Shown here: positions 1 through 10,787 of the stretch, in pieces
How the letters are laid out: every line of letters begins with the position of its first letter
Numbering within the stretch: the first letter of the stretch is position 1
Assembly (NCBI GenBank): GCA_965216875.1
Contig: OZ244207.1
Coordinates: forward strand, 2,336,001 to 2,400,000
Source of the DNA: Rubripirellula sp.
GTDB lineage: Bacteria; Planctomycetota; Planctomycetia; Pirellulales; Pirellulaceae
Length of the DNA stretch: 64,000 nt
Reading direction: 5' to 3'
Notes under the pieces: generated by a model
What the model saw: only the letters and a program-made list of their open reading frames with translations
The model's database searches: none
Told to the model about the DNA's origin: nothing
Position numbers and translations under genes: made by a program

Positions 1-193
1 GGCAAAACCGGAACGATCTTTTCTCGGTTTCGAAAGACCATTCTCAGAAACGCAACTGGTGTTTTTCCGTTCCAAATTTCTGTTGTGGCTATCCGCAATC
101 CATGCCATGCAAACGGGGGGCCTCCGTTAGTTAGAGGTAAGAATTCCTCGACGGGCAACTCGTTTTAAGCAGCGCTGGATTTGGGGCAAAACA

Positions 194-1978
194 ATGCGTG
201 AAGGGAACGTCGGACATTGGACACTACGCACAAAACTGATGGTCACTTCGATGGTCACGTTGATCATCGTCGCAAGTTCAATGACCTGGATGAACTACAG
301 TGATTCCAAGCAAGCCGCGATCGATCAAAGCATCGAAAAGGCGCGGGCCGTCGTCCTGACCACCGAGTCAATCCGCGAGGGCATGGCGGACAAATGGAAT
401 TCAGGAATCGTTAGCAAAGAGTTGATGTCCAAGTGGGCCAGCGCTGGCGAGATGGACAAGGTTCTGGGCGCCGTCCCGGTCGTGACTGCATGGCAAGCCG
501 CACAGGCCAAGGCCGAGGAGGGAGGCTACGAGTTTCGCGTTCCCAAAGTGAACCCGCGAAACCCCAGCAACGAACCCGATGCGGTGGAACTCGCCGTACT
601 CGAGCGTTTCAAGGCAGACGGCTATCTCAAAGAACACTTTGAAATTGACCGAGAACACAACAGCCTGCGTTACTTTCGGCCGATCCGGCTGACCGAAGAT
701 TGCATGCTCTGTCATGGCGACCCCGCAACCTCAGCGGAGCTCTGGGGTAACCACGATGGACTCGACCCAACCGGTGCCAAAATGGAAAACTGGAAGGTCG
801 GTGACGTGCACGGTGCCTTCGAAGTCATCCAATCCCTTGACGAAGCCGATGCGCGAACCACACAAGCTCTGTTCAAGGGTTTGTTTGTGCTCGCAGCCGG
901 CATCACGCTGGGCAGTCTTGCGTTGCTGTTGATCATCAACCGCATCACCGCACCCATCAAAGGCATCGTGGAGATGCTGAAAGAGATCGCGCAAGGCGAG
1001 GGCGACTTGACCAAGCGAATCGCAGTCGCTTCGCAGGACGAGCTTGGCGAACTGGCACACTGGTTCAACCAATTCATTGGCAAACTGCAAACGATGGTCA
1101 AATCGTTTGCAAACAATGCGTCGTCGCTTGACGCTGCTTCGACGGAATTGGCCGAAACCGCCTCGCAACTCAGCAATAGTGCCAACGACACGACCGGTGA
1201 GACGGCCTCAGTCGCCTCTGCCGCTGAGCAGCTAACCATGAACACGAACTCCATGGCGGCGGCGAGCGAGCAAATGACGACCAACATCCAACACATTGCA
1301 GCGTCTCTCGAGGAAATGAACAGCAGTGTCGATGAAATCGCGGCGACCGCTCACAAATCAAGCGCGGTGGTCGACAAAGCAACCAATCTGACGGAAGCCA
1401 GCAGCGAGCGATTAGAAAAACTTGGTTCGACCGCGGATGCGGTTGGCAGCGTCGTCGCCACCATCCAAGACATTGCCGAACAAACCAACTTGCTTGCCCT
1501 CAACGCCACCATCGAATCGGCCAGGGCAGGGGAGGCGGGTCGAGGATTCGCCGTTGTCGCAAACGAAGTCAAGTGCCTCGCGCAACAAACGGCCCAAGCG
1601 ACCGTCGGTATTCGAGACCAGATCACCGAGATTCAGGACGCCAGTGAACAAGCCATCGACTCGATCGCCGAAATCCGTGATGTGATCCAACAAGTCAACA
1701 GCGTCTCAACCACCATCGCTTCCGCGGTCGAGCAGCAGAGCATGACGACCAAACAGATCGCGACGGTGATGTCCCAAACGTCCGATGCCGCCCAAGATGT
1801 CTCGCGCGGGATTTGCGAATCGGCCACGGCAACGCGCGACATCACGCGCAATATGACCAACGTTGACGAAGCGACCCAGCAAACGGCCCATGGAGCGGAC
1901 CAGACTCGAAGTTCAAGCTCGGACCTCTCACACCTTGCCGACGAACTACAAAGACTCGTCCGGCAGTTCAACGTCTAG
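194..1978 (+). CDS. Methyl-accepting chemotaxis protein with periplasmic heme-c sensor (DUF3365/Tll0287-like), HAMP and MCP signalling domains
   Basis: Two TM segments flank a region with [17 protein letters not shown] and the CxxCH motif CMLCHG; HAMP ([16 protein letters not shown]); MCP core [34 protein letters not shown]. Confidence 0.93.
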   Translation: MREGNVGHWTLRTKLMVTSMVTLIIVASSMTWMNYSDSKQAAIDQSIEKARAVVLTTESIREGMADKWNSGIVSKELMSKWASAGEMDKVLGAVPVVTAWQAAQAKAEEGGYEFRVPKVNPRNPSNEPDAVELAVLERFKADGYLKEHFEIDREHNSLRYFRPIRLTEDCMLCHGDPATSAELWGNHDGLDPTGAKMENWKVGDVHGAFEVIQSLDEADARTTQALFKGLFVLAAGITLGSLALLLIINRITAPIKGIVEMLKEIAQGEGDLTKRIAVASQDELGELAHWFNQFIGKLQTMVKSFANNASSLDAASTELAETASQLSNSANDTTGETASVASAAEQLTMNTNSMAAASEQMTTNIQHIAASLEEMNSSVDEIAATAHKSSAVVDKATNLTEASSERLEKLGSTADAVGSVVATIQDIAEQTNLLALNATIESARAGEAGRGFAVVANEVKCLAQQTAQATVGIRDQITEIQDASEQAIDSIAEIRDVIQQVNSVSTTIASAVEQQSMTTKQIATVMSQTSDAAQDVSRGICESATATRDITRNMTNVDEATQQTAHGADQTRSSSSDLSHLADELQRLVRQFNV

Positions 1979-2201
1979 ACAAGACCGAACTTTGGTCGGC
2001 ACCAAATCCGTGAGGGGTGCCCCGCGCAAAGCTGGCACAAACCTGCCAGTCGGCTTTGTCGGGCAATATTCTGCTCCCTCTCCTTTGGTGCCGGCCGATG
2101 CCGGACTCCTTCTCTCGAGTGTCTTCGATCGAGCGATTTCGATTGCGAACAGAGCTTCCGAAATCGCGGGTACGAATTGACGCGGCCAAGTTTCTCAGCT
2201 T

Positions 2202-2888
2202 GTGCGAATCCTAGCTCACGACCATACTTGGGGTGTGAGGAACGAGCATCCAACGCTTGTTGCAGTTGGCTTTGCTTTGATTCAGATTTTCGAGCGCATC
2301 ATCCGAACTTCGCCGCTACAAAAATACATCCATTGGGTGCTGTTTTTTGCGGTCACGTTTGCGCTCTCTGGAATCGTTCTGATTCCGACTTCCCAAGTCG
2401 ACAAATCGAATCTCTCTGAACGGTTTCCTTGTGAAAACTGCCCCTGTGGGTGTCGAAGTGCCGATTTCTGCTGGGATCAATGCTGTTGTCACACCGACGA
2501 AGAAAAGCTCGCCTGGGCCAAGCGTGAGGGTGTTCGTCCCCCCGATTTCCTAGTCGCCCGTGTCTCCCGCGCTGCCTTGGAATCGACGGCAAGCACCGAG
2601 CGTTCTTCGTGCTGTTGTTGCTGCAGCTCGCAGGATGCAAAGTGCGTCGCGCCAAACGCGGACGCCGTTGCTGCCAACGCGGGCCCGCCCCAGACCGTCT
2701 TGATGTGGAAAGCCGCGCAATGCCGCGGCCTCGACCACTTCTGGATGCTGTTGGGGTCGGTCTTTGTTTCTCCACCGTGGCAATCATCTGATGAACCTTG
2801 TTTGTTGCACCGATGCGAAGTCCGTAATGAACGAGTGACGTTCGTCGCCCGCAAACCCGATCCGCCCGTTCCCTGGGCATCACTCTGA
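2202..2888 (+). CDS. Cys-rich membrane-anchored hypothetical protein (start uncertain, probably further downstream)
   Basis: TM segment [20 protein letters not shown], then [22 protein letters not shown], a second cluster SSCCCCCS and a Pro-rich C-terminus KPDPPVP. Confidence 0.7.
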   Translation: MRILAHDHTWGVRNEHPTLVAVGFALIQIFERIIRTSPLQKYIHWVLFFAVTFALSGIVLIPTSQVDKSNLSERFPCENCPCGCRSADFCWDQCCCHTDEEKLAWAKREGVRPPDFLVARVSRAALESTASTERSSCCCCCSSQDAKCVAPNADAVAANAGPPQTVLMWKAAQCRGLDHFWMLLGSVFVSPPWQSSDEPCLLHRCEVRNERVTFVARKPDPPVPWASL

Positions 2889-3165
2889 GCGGCACTCTGC
2901 TGCGCCCATCCACTGCCATACCTTCACTACCTGCTGTAGTCGGTCACCGCTGCGCCTCGAGCTCGAGGTGCCGATCGATGCACGCTTCCACGTGGGCATT
3001 GTTGACGGCTCGTTCCTCACAACAACGCGTCTGATTCACGCCCGCGTGGAGGCGACATCGCAAAAGCTGAGTACTCCAACTTTGTCAGCCTGCGCAACCG
3101 CGTTCGCTTACGGAGATGGCTCAGCGTGCGCGCCGACGTCCAGCGTTCATCTTCTATCAATCAAA

Positions 3166-4242
3166 ATGAAACTTCAAACAAAACACCGCCCCGCTGCGTT
3201 CACCCTCGTTGAACTACTGGTCGTGATCTCAATCATCGGCGTCCTTGTCGCACTTCTGTTGCCAGCAGTCCAAGCGGCAAGGGAAGCAGCCCGGCGAATG
3301 AGCTGTAGCAACAACATGAAACAAATCGTGTTGGCCATGCACAACTATGAAAGTGCATTCAAAAAGTTGCCTGCAAACTACACCACCGGGCAAGGCATCT
3401 CGGGCAACTTCTCGGTCTTTGCCCAAATGGCTCCCTATTACGAACAAGCCAACGTGCTTGATCTGATCGATTTTGGTCGCCCGCTTCACGTTGGATGTTG
3501 CCCCGGCCAGCTCGTCGCACCACACGACACAGCGGCTGCGACCATCTTGCCAATTCTTGCCTGCCCCAGTGAAAGTGGCCAGCGCACCTTTGGCGTCGTG
3601 TCGCTGTCTGGGCGGGGCCCGACCCAAAGCTATGCCGGAACGAACTACGCGATGAATTTCGGGACAGGCGTTGGTCTTGGTTACGACACGCGGGTACCGA
3701 CCAACGGCGTTCAATGGATCGACGCCAACGTTGGTTTCAGCGCCGTCCAAGATGGGCTCAGCAACACCGCCGCTTTTGCCGAGCTGCTGCTTGGCGTGCT
3801 CAGTCAACGTCCCCAGGAACCCACAACCGATTCACGACGACGACGAACCATGATGAACGTTCGTTGCCAATTCGTCGATCGAGCGAGAAGGCCCGCGACA
3901 CCTGGCTTTGCAGGATTCGAAATACCCGAGGATCCCAACCAACTTGAAGAGTACACACGCAATCATGCCCTCTTTCGAGGATGGGCGGGGCAACGCGGTG
4001 CGGGTTGGATCAACGGCCGCGAGTATTGGACCGGTTACTCGCACTACCATCCACCGCAAAGTGGAACACCCGACATGACCAGTTGTGGTTGGGGCGTTTT
4101 CGGAGCGCGCAGTAACCATCCCGGTGGCGTTCACGTCGCCATGTGCGACGGAAGCGTGCAATTCGTTAGCGAAAGTATCGATCTTACGCTCTGGCGAGCC
4201 ATCGGTACGCGTTTTGGTCGCGAAGTGATCGAAGAGCTTTAG
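3166..4242 (+). CDS. DUF1559 (SBP_bac_10) protein with prepilin-type N-terminal cleavage/methylation motif
   Basis: [50 protein letters not shown]-terminal H-X9-DG motif [16 protein letters not shown]; start moved to ATG 3166. Confidence 0.95.
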   Translation: MKLQTKHRPAAFTLVELLVVISIIGVLVALLLPAVQAAREAARRMSCSNNMKQIVLAMHNYESAFKKLPANYTTGQGISGNFSVFAQMAPYYEQANVLDLIDFGRPLHVGCCPGQLVAPHDTAAATILPILACPSESGQRTFGVVSLSGRGPTQSYAGTNYAMNFGTGVGLGYDTRVPTNGVQWIDANVGFSAVQDGLSNTAAFAELLLGVLSQRPQEPTTDSRRRRTMMNVRCQFVDRARRPATPGFAGFEIPEDPNQLEEYTRNHALFRGWAGQRGAGWINGREYWTGYSHYHPPQSGTPDMTSCGWGVFGARSNHPGGVHVAMCDGSVQFVSESIDLTLWRAIGTRFGREVIEEL

Positions 4243-4366
4243 TCGAACACTCGCTGGGTGACGAAATCAGATTGTGGATTAGCGTGCGCGCAGCCGCACG
4301 CGGGACACACTCAAGAATCGGCGCAAGATTCGGGTTATCCCGAATTTAGGGGAAGACAGAAGCTCG

Positions 4367-5386
4367 ATGAAACGACTCGCTCGCATGTTGATCGCGCCGT
4401 GCTTGGTTGCACGTCGCAGCTACCTCGCCATGCGAGCCGTCCGATACTTGTATCGCTTCAAGCCATTGGTCGGTGCGATCAACTTTCTGTTTGATCCCAA
4501 CAGCATTCGCAAGCACACCGCGCACTCAATTCCGGCGATGTACGTCAATGTTCGCGGTCGTTTGGGTGAGCAGCTTCGCGTGAACCTTGGCGACCACATT
4601 GGTTGGAACATCTTCCTGACCGGGCATTTTGACCTGACCCCCGTCATCGCAGGCCTTGTTCTGCAACAGGAGTGCCCTCAAGGCGTCTATATCGACATTG
4701 GCGCAAACATTGGCGATACGTCCATCGCGATCGCGCGGCACGGGATCCATACAGTTGGCATTGATGCATCGGCAATGGCAATCTCCGAATTATGCCACAA
4801 CATCGCGATCAACTCGCCCATCCCTTACACCGTGGTTCACGCGGCAGTATCCGCGACGCCCAAGCCACGCTGCGGTGAGGTCGAACACGACTACATCAAA
4901 TTGCATGTGCCGATGGGCAACACCGGTGCGGCCTCGGTACATGATGACTGGAATCCCTCACGCAGCCAAAGCGCCTCGCTCCTCGCGGCTCCTCGAACCA
5001 TCAGCGAAATCGTTGAATCACTTTCGATCGATTCGGTCAGCTGTATCAAACTTGATGTCGAAGGTGCCGAACGCGAAGCACTCGCCGGCATGCGATCGCT
5101 GCTCGATGCAACCAAAGCACCCCTGATTTTCGAATACCGCCGCGATCTTTCCAGCGGCAATGAAACGGCAGAGGCAATGCTCGAATTACTGCCGAAGCAA
5201 TATCGCTGCTATGGGATTCGTTGCATCGACATCGTCGAAGATCGCGCGACACTCCGTATTGAACCGTTCGACCGCGACCGATCCTATGAAAACGTCCTCG
5301 CGGTTGCCGAATCCCTGCCTCCGTCCCTTGCGCCCGCCGAGCGCCCAAGCGGATTGGTCGTGCCCTTTGCCAGGGATGCCGCTTGA
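4367..5386 (+). CDS. FkbM family SAM-dependent methyltransferase
   Basis: YIDIGANIG motif I and IKLDVEGAE motif. Confidence 0.9.
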   Translation: MKRLARMLIAPCLVARRSYLAMRAVRYLYRFKPLVGAINFLFDPNSIRKHTAHSIPAMYVNVRGRLGEQLRVNLGDHIGWNIFLTGHFDLTPVIAGLVLQQECPQGVYIDIGANIGDTSIAIARHGIHTVGIDASAMAISELCHNIAINSPIPYTVVHAAVSATPKPRCGEVEHDYIKLHVPMGNTGAASVHDDWNPSRSQSASLLAAPRTISEIVESLSIDSVSCIKLDVEGAEREALAGMRSLLDATKAPLIFEYRRDLSSGNETAEAMLELLPKQYRCYGIRCIDIVEDRATLRIEPFDRDRSYENVLAVAESLPPSLAPAERPSGLVVPFARDAA

Positions 5387-6741
5387 TGTCGCAGAATGCT
5401 GCTGGCCTAACCGGTAATCATGTTCGATTGGCAGATCGCCTGCGCGCGTTATTCGCTGCGGGAACACGACGCCATGCTGCCGACTCCGCAGCGCTTGCGA
5501 CCGGATATGTCGCCCAACTCGCCTTTCAAATGGTCTACTTCCTGGTGCTCACCCGCATGTTGGGACCAGATTGGTTTGGGCGGTTTGCCGCGGCACTTGC
5601 AGCAATCAATTTGGCTTCGCCATTGGCAGGGCTCGGCTTTGGCGAAGTCGCCCTGCTACGGGTTAGCCAAGACCGCAAATCAACGGGCCGGTGGACAACG
5701 AACGCAACGGCAATCACGGCAATTTCGGGCTTCGCAATCGCAGCCGTTCTGGCACTCGCCGCAGCCGTCTTGGTCTCAAATCAATGGCTGCCTTGGCAAA
5801 TGATGCTCGCGCTCGCGATCAATGAACTGGTTTTGGTTCGCTGTTGCCACGTCGCCGCCAGGATCCACCAAGCGCGACGTGAAATCCTGCGTACCTCTGC
5901 AATCAATGTTTCGGTGGCGGCACTCAAAGCTGCCGTTGCCGCCGCGATCTTTTTCGCTGGACCTCAAACGCTCGAAAGTCTCGTCTTCGTTTTGTTGTTG
6001 AGCTTCGCGCCACTCGCCGTCTACGTCGTCGCCTCTTTGTTTTCGCGTGCGCCAGCGACCGGGTTGAACTGGAACCATCTTCGCAGCGACTGCAAGCTCG
6101 CTTTTTCTTTTGCGTCGGGCACGATCAGCAAAGCGGTATACACCGACCTCGACAAGCTCTTCTTGGCACGATGGCAGACCTCGTTCGTCGTTGGCACCTA
6201 CGCTGCTGGCTACAAGCTGTTGGCATTGTCCTTTATGCCAATTCGGGCCGTCCTCGAAGCAACCTTTTCAAGACAGGTCGAACTCGCCGAAAACGATCGT
6301 CAAGCGTCACGGTCGTTTACGACCAAACTCTTCTGTTTTAACACTGCCGCCGCCGCAACCATCTCCGTCACGCTCTACGCCCTCGCGCCACTGGCGACAC
6401 TCGTTTTCGGAAGCGAATACGAAGAATCGATTGACGTGATCCGGATTGGGTGCTTCCTCCCGCTACTTCAATCGGTCCACTACACCCTAGGCAACCACCT
6501 CACCGCTACCGGACGCCAACACGTGCGTACTGTCGTCCAAATCTTTGTGGTGGCAGTCTATGTCATCACGGCGATGTATGTGATCGCGACCTATTCCTGG
6601 AAAGGTGCCATCTACACAAGCTTGGCGTGCGAAGCGTTGTTGATGTTCCTGTTCGCAATCGCGTGCTTATCCACTTCGCCCAGAGATGCATCAGGAATGA
6701 CCATTGACCGAAAGCAACCCACCGAAGGGACGTCGTCATGA
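5386..6741 (+). CDS. Polysaccharide/oligosaccharide flippase (Wzx-like, MOP superfamily)
   Basis: Many TM helices; LTRMLGPDWFG; YTDLDKLFL..VGTYAAGYK; overlaps both neighbours by start/stop coupling. Confidence 0.85.
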   Translation: MSQNAAGLTGNHVRLADRLRALFAAGTRRHAADSAALATGYVAQLAFQMVYFLVLTRMLGPDWFGRFAAALAAINLASPLAGLGFGEVALLRVSQDRKSTGRWTTNATAITAISGFAIAAVLALAAAVLVSNQWLPWQMMLALAINELVLVRCCHVAARIHQARREILRTSAINVSVAALKAAVAAAIFFAGPQTLESLVFVLLLSFAPLAVYVVASLFSRAPATGLNWNHLRSDCKLAFSFASGTISKAVYTDLDKLFLARWQTSFVVGTYAAGYKLLALSFMPIRAVLEATFSRQVELAENDRQASRSFTTKLFCFNTAAAATISVTLYALAPLATLVFGSEYEESIDVIRIGCFLPLLQSVHYTLGNHLTATGRQHVRTVVQIFVVAVYVITAMYVIATYSWKGAIYTSLACEALLMFLFAIACLSTSPRDASGMTIDRKQPTEGTSS

Positions 6742-7892
6742 AAACATTGATCATCAGTGACGAATACCGGCCCGTCATCGGCGGTATCGCGCGCGTCGCA
6801 GGCGCCTTGGCAGACGGGCTCGTCCAGCGAGGGCATGATGTCACCGTCCTTACAAGTCGAGCCAGACTTTCGCCATCCGATCACGCCGACGAAAGGGCGA
6901 CGATCCGGTATTACAACCGCCCAAAAACGGCAAAACTTGGAAAGCTCTACCTGACAGCTGTTTGGCCCCTATCTGTAGGTGCGTGGATTCGCAGCCAGTC
7001 GTTTGACCGCACCTTTGTGCTCGACCCAGTCAACGCGTTGCCCCTGCCGATGATGAACGTCGGCGGCGCGGTCGAGTACGAATTGCTGCTCCATGGGTCC
7101 GAACTGCTACGTTACTCTCGATCGGCCGCCACCCGAATGTTGCTCGGTAAGGCCATCGCTCAGGCGAAACAAGTCTTTACGACCACTCGTTTCGTCGAGA
7201 CGCAACTCCTCGAGCGCTACCATCAACCGAGCATCCGAACGTCATGTGGTGTCGGCGATGAGTTTTTTGAAACTGCCGAGTCGCCTGAGACAACCGATCG
7301 CCTACGTTCACGCTACGGATTGGCTAGCGATGACTTTATCGTTGGTACGATCAGCCGACTCGACTTCCGCAAGGGAAACGACATCGTTGTCGATGCGGTT
7401 GCACAGCTGGCCAACAGATTCCCCAAACTCAAATACCTGATCGGCGGCACAGGACCTCAAGCCGAGCCGCTACGACGTCAGGTCCAGCGCTTGCAGCTTT
7501 CTGATCGAGTCGTTTTTTGTGGGCGCATTGCGGATGACGAACTTGTCTCGCATTACGATCTCTTCGACGCCTACGCGATGCCCAACCGACTGCTTGACGA
7601 CAACACCGTCGAAGGCTTTGGGATCTCGTTCGCCGAAGCGGCTGCACGCGGCATCCCGAGTATTGGTGTTGATAATGGCGGCGTGGCTGAATCGGTCGCC
7701 GATGGCACGTCTGGGATCTTGCTGCCCGAGGCTACCGTCGACCTTGTCTCACGGTCGTTGGTGCAGCTTCTAACGGGTCAGGCAGCGTTTGACAGGTCAT
7801 TGATTCAAGATCATGGGCACTCGTTCCGTTGGGATCTTTTCATTGACCGAATGCTGAATCCCAACACCAGCCCCTTGATCCAGGCCGCGTGA
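6738..7892 (+). CDS. Glycosyltransferase family 4 (GT-B)
   Basis: YRPVIGGI, GHDVTVLT, SRLDFRKG, EGFGISFAEA (EX7E). Confidence 0.92.
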   Translation: MKTLIISDEYRPVIGGIARVAGALADGLVQRGHDVTVLTSRARLSPSDHADERATIRYYNRPKTAKLGKLYLTAVWPLSVGAWIRSQSFDRTFVLDPVNALPLPMMNVGGAVEYELLLHGSELLRYSRSAATRMLLGKAIAQAKQVFTTTRFVETQLLERYHQPSIRTSCGVGDEFFETAESPETTDRLRSRYGLASDDFIVGTISRLDFRKGNDIVVDAVAQLANRFPKLKYLIGGTGPQAEPLRRQVQRLQLSDRVVFCGRIADDELVSHYDLFDAYAMPNRLLDDNTVEGFGISFAEAAARGIPSIGVDNGGVAESVADGTSGILLPEATVDLVSRSLVQLLTGQAAFDRSLIQDHGHSFRWDLFIDRMLNPNTSPLIQAA

Positions 7893-7957
7893 ACTGGCGT
7901 TCCGTTGATAGAATCAGCAATCAAGATTGATGCCGGAACACCATTGGGGACGCATTG

Positions 7958-8350
7958 ATGGATGGCAAGTTCGAAATCACTGTCAAAGAGAACTTTGTTC
8001 ACGTCGTCCAGACCGGACCCGACTCTTATGAAATCTCGCTCGCCATGTGGAAACAGATTGCCCAAACGTGCAATGACCACAAGATCTGGAACGTGCTTGG
8101 CGAAACAGCGACCTCGTCCCCGCTTTCGACCAAAGAAGCGTACGACCATATCGAGATCTTTCGCATCTGCGGGATCACGATCAAACACTGTGTGGCATGG
8201 GTGCACCACGGTGAAGACGTGGATGGGAGCATGCGATTCGCCGAAACCGTCCTCAAGAATCGCGGCATGCTTCGAGGAAAGTTCTGCGAGTCCTACGAGC
8301 AAGCAGAACGCTGGCTCAACGAAAACGGCGTTCCTCCCTGTTCGGCTTGA
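7958..8350 (+). CDS. Small hypothetical protein (possible SpoIIAA-like/STAS-SEC14 fold)
   Basis: 130-aa ORF between two GT genes; RFAETVLKNRG..FCESYEQAERWL resembles SpoIIAA-like C-termini. Confidence 0.55.
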   Translation: MDGKFEITVKENFVHVVQTGPDSYEISLAMWKQIAQTCNDHKIWNVLGETATSSPLSTKEAYDHIEIFRICGITIKHCVAWVHHGEDVDGSMRFAETVLKNRGMLRGKFCESYEQAERWLNENGVPPCSA

Positions 8351-9543
8351 TCCCGCCGCCCAACCCGCTCGCTCTCTTTCGGATTGGCCCTTTGAGAATC
8401 ATGCAAATCGTTGCCGATGGAACGCCGGGTGGGGGAACGACCAACGTTCTTGCGCTCTGCGAAGACCTCGTCGCAGAAGGGGTGCAAGTCGTCTTTTGCA
8501 GCCAAAAGTCTTCCTACGCCCTCGCGCGAGCGATGGAACTCGGAGTCCACGATGTCGTTGACGGTGTCGACTTCTTTCGTGGCCGCATCGATTCGCGGGT
8601 TAGCACAATGCTGCGCCGAATCCTGTCCGACTTTCGTCCCGACATCATCCATGCCCACGGTGGCCGAGCCGGACTCGGTGTGCTTCGCGCGTCAAACGTC
8701 AACCAGCGAGATCGAATGATCTACACCGTGCGCGGCTACCAGTTCTACCGCAAACCTTGGCCACTACGCTCACTTGCCAAGCTTGCCGAACGCAGGATCA
8801 GCCGCTCTGTCTTCCGCACCGTGCACGTCAGTCAAAACGACCAGCGTGTTGCCATCGAAAACGGCTTCCTGCCCGACTCTACCTGTTCGGTGGTGATCCG
8901 CAATGGACTTCGAATATCAGACATTCTCCAACGCGGCTTGCAAACGCTAGGGGATGGTTCGATCGACCCGCAACCGTTCAAGGAGATCGCGATCCTTGGA
9001 AGATTGACCCAGCCCAAGAACCCGCATCTCGTACTCGACATCGCAAGAGCGCTTCGCGAGGACGGCTTTAAGTTTCATTGGATTGGCTCGGGTGACATGC
9101 ATGATGAAATCACTGGCCGTGCGACACGAGAAAAGATCGACAACATCACGTTCCACGGCGGACAATCACGCGAGAAAGGCTTGGCTCTACTTGCCAAGTG
9201 CGGGACCCTCTTGATGCCAAGTCTTTGGGAAGGCCTACCACTGGCCCCCGTCGAGGCGATGGCCGCGGGTGTCGCCGTCGTCGTCAGCGACATTCCTGGG
9301 AATCGAGAAGTGGTTCGAGACGGCATCGATGGTCGAGTCGTGCAAGGCGGAACAATCGAGGATTACTGTCGAACGTTGAAACAGGTTGTCAGCTCGCTCG
9401 AATCGACCAAAGCAATGATCGACTCGGGTAGACGACGCGTCGAGCAGGAATTCACCCGCGATCGAGTCGTCCGCCAACACCTTGAACTCTACCGCGAGTG
9501 TCTTGACCAACAAATCGCTAGTGGACGAGGCAGCGAGCCCTAG
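8347..9543 (+). CDS. Glycosyltransferase family 4 (GT-B)
   Basis: GGGTTNV, PDIIHAHG, GRLTQPKN, PSLWEGLPLAPVEAMAAG. Confidence 0.92.
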   Translation: MIPPPNPLALFRIGPLRIMQIVADGTPGGGTTNVLALCEDLVAEGVQVVFCSQKSSYALARAMELGVHDVVDGVDFFRGRIDSRVSTMLRRILSDFRPDIIHAHGGRAGLGVLRASNVNQRDRMIYTVRGYQFYRKPWPLRSLAKLAERRISRSVFRTVHVSQNDQRVAIENGFLPDSTCSVVIRNGLRISDILQRGLQTLGDGSIDPQPFKEIAILGRLTQPKNPHLVLDIARALREDGFKFHWIGSGDMHDEITGRATREKIDNITFHGGQSREKGLALLAKCGTLLMPSLWEGLPLAPVEAMAAGVAVVVSDIPGNREVVRDGIDGRVVQGGTIEDYCRTLKQVVSSLESTKAMIDSGRRRVEQEFTRDRVVRQHLELYRECLDQQIASGRGSEP

Positions 9544-9610
9544 CAGCTACAGGCTGCAGTAGCGCTTCCATCAGCAGGAATCGTTGCCGAGGTTAACGCG
9601 TGCTCTAACA

Positions 9611-9638
9611 AACACCCTCCCACTTGCGGGAGGGTGTT
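9611..9638. terminator. Hairpin between convergent genes; probable bidirectional terminator and member of a ccctccc..gggaggg repeat family
   Basis: aacaccctccc-acttgc-gggagggtgtt, a perfect 11-bp stem; near-identical to 16259-16281. Confidence 0.6.
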
Positions 9639-9686
9639 AACGTGAGCGATTTCGAAGCCTTTGCTGAACCGAATGAGGACAACGTA

Positions 9687-10628
9687 TTAGGTCTCGTCCG
9701 AGTCACTTTTCTCGTCGTCGCCACTTGGTCCCTGTCCGCGTGGACCTCTGCCGCCAGGGCCCCTCTCTCCGGCTCCCGGTCCGCCGGGACCTCGTCCGCG
9801 ACTTGGCCCACCCAATCCTGAGCGGCCTTGCGGCCCGGGCCCATCGCCACCACGAAAACCGCCACGCATCCACGGTGGACCTTGAGGGCCGCCCTGTGCC
9901 GAAGGTCCTCGGCCGCGTCCCGCCGACGGCCCGCGATCGCGAGTTTCCGATTTCGATTTCGAATCTGTGTTCGCATCGCTTGCGTCTTTCGTATGACCAT
10001 GGTGGCCTCGTGAGCCGTGCGATCCCCTCGATGCCCGGTGACGAGCATGCGAGGCACTATGACGACCATCCGAATCACCGTCGCGTCCACGCGATGCGCG
10101 ATCGCTGTCTTTCGAACTGCCTCGCCGATCATGTGACGATCCGTGAGGACCATGACTCATTCCGCGCGGTCCACGAGCATCACCGCGTCCCTTCGACATC
10201 CAAGGTGGCCCCGACGATCCCCGCCGCGACATTGCGAAACGTGAAGGTCCGCCTTGACGACCGCGGTTTTGCATCCAAGGTGGCCCCGAGAACCGGCCCT
10301 GATGGCGTCCAAGACTCGGGCCGCCCCTGCCTGAGAAACCGCGTGCCGCGAACCCATGTCCCCGTTTGCTTGACTGGCCCCGGCGACTCGATGCGCCCCG
10401 TTCTTTTCCGCGCCGACTGCTCGACGCTGACTTCGCTTTTTGATGAGCGCCGCCGCGTCCGCGATGCCAGGCAGCGCTCCCCTTTCCACCACGAACGCTC
10501 GCCCAATGGGGCTTGCCTTTTTGCTTGCTTGATACCGATTTGTTGCCGCGATGTGGATGCGCCGATGCAACTTCACTGCAGGCAAGGGTCGCGCAAACAC
10601 ACGCGACCAGAATCATTCCTCGAAACAT
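9687..10628 (-). CDS. Secreted low-complexity Gly/Arg/Ser/His-rich protein
   Basis: Signal peptide MFRGMILVACVCATLACSEVASA from ATG 10628; three GPPWM repeats; RG/RGG-rich; acidic C-terminus. Confidence 0.6.
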   Translation of the reverse strand: MFRGMILVACVCATLACSEVASAHPHRGNKSVSSKQKGKPHWASVRGGKGSAAWHRGRGGAHQKAKSASSSRRGKERGASSRRGQSSKRGHGFAARGFSGRGGPSLGRHQGRFSGPPWMQNRGRQGGPSRFAMSRRGSSGPPWMSKGRGDARGPRGMSHGPHGSSHDRRGSSKDSDRASRGRDGDSDGRHSASHARHRASRGSHGSRGHHGHTKDASDANTDSKSKSETRDRGPSAGRGRGPSAQGGPQGPPWMRGGFRGGDGPGPQGRSGLGGPSRGRGPGGPGAGERGPGGRGPRGQGPSGDDEKSDSDET

Positions 10629-10787
10629 TTCCCAACGCCTTTGTTGTGTGAGAACAGTGGGCCTACCGATGCGCTTCTGTGATCCTTGCTGCGCTCGCAC
10701 ATAGGCTTTCTACCCGCCGGTGAACTTAGATGGTTCTAAAACACCACGTTCTTGGCTTTGGTTTCGTACTTCACACAAAAATTGTCG

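Noticed and set aside
2030..2050. Sigma-54 promoter (ctggcacaaacctgc)
   Set aside because: GG-to-GC spacing is 9 nt rather than the required 10.
9725..10651. 308-aa plus-strand ORF overlapping the Gly/Arg-rich gene
   Set aside because: No signal or motifs; the minus-strand frame has a signal peptide and internal repeats.
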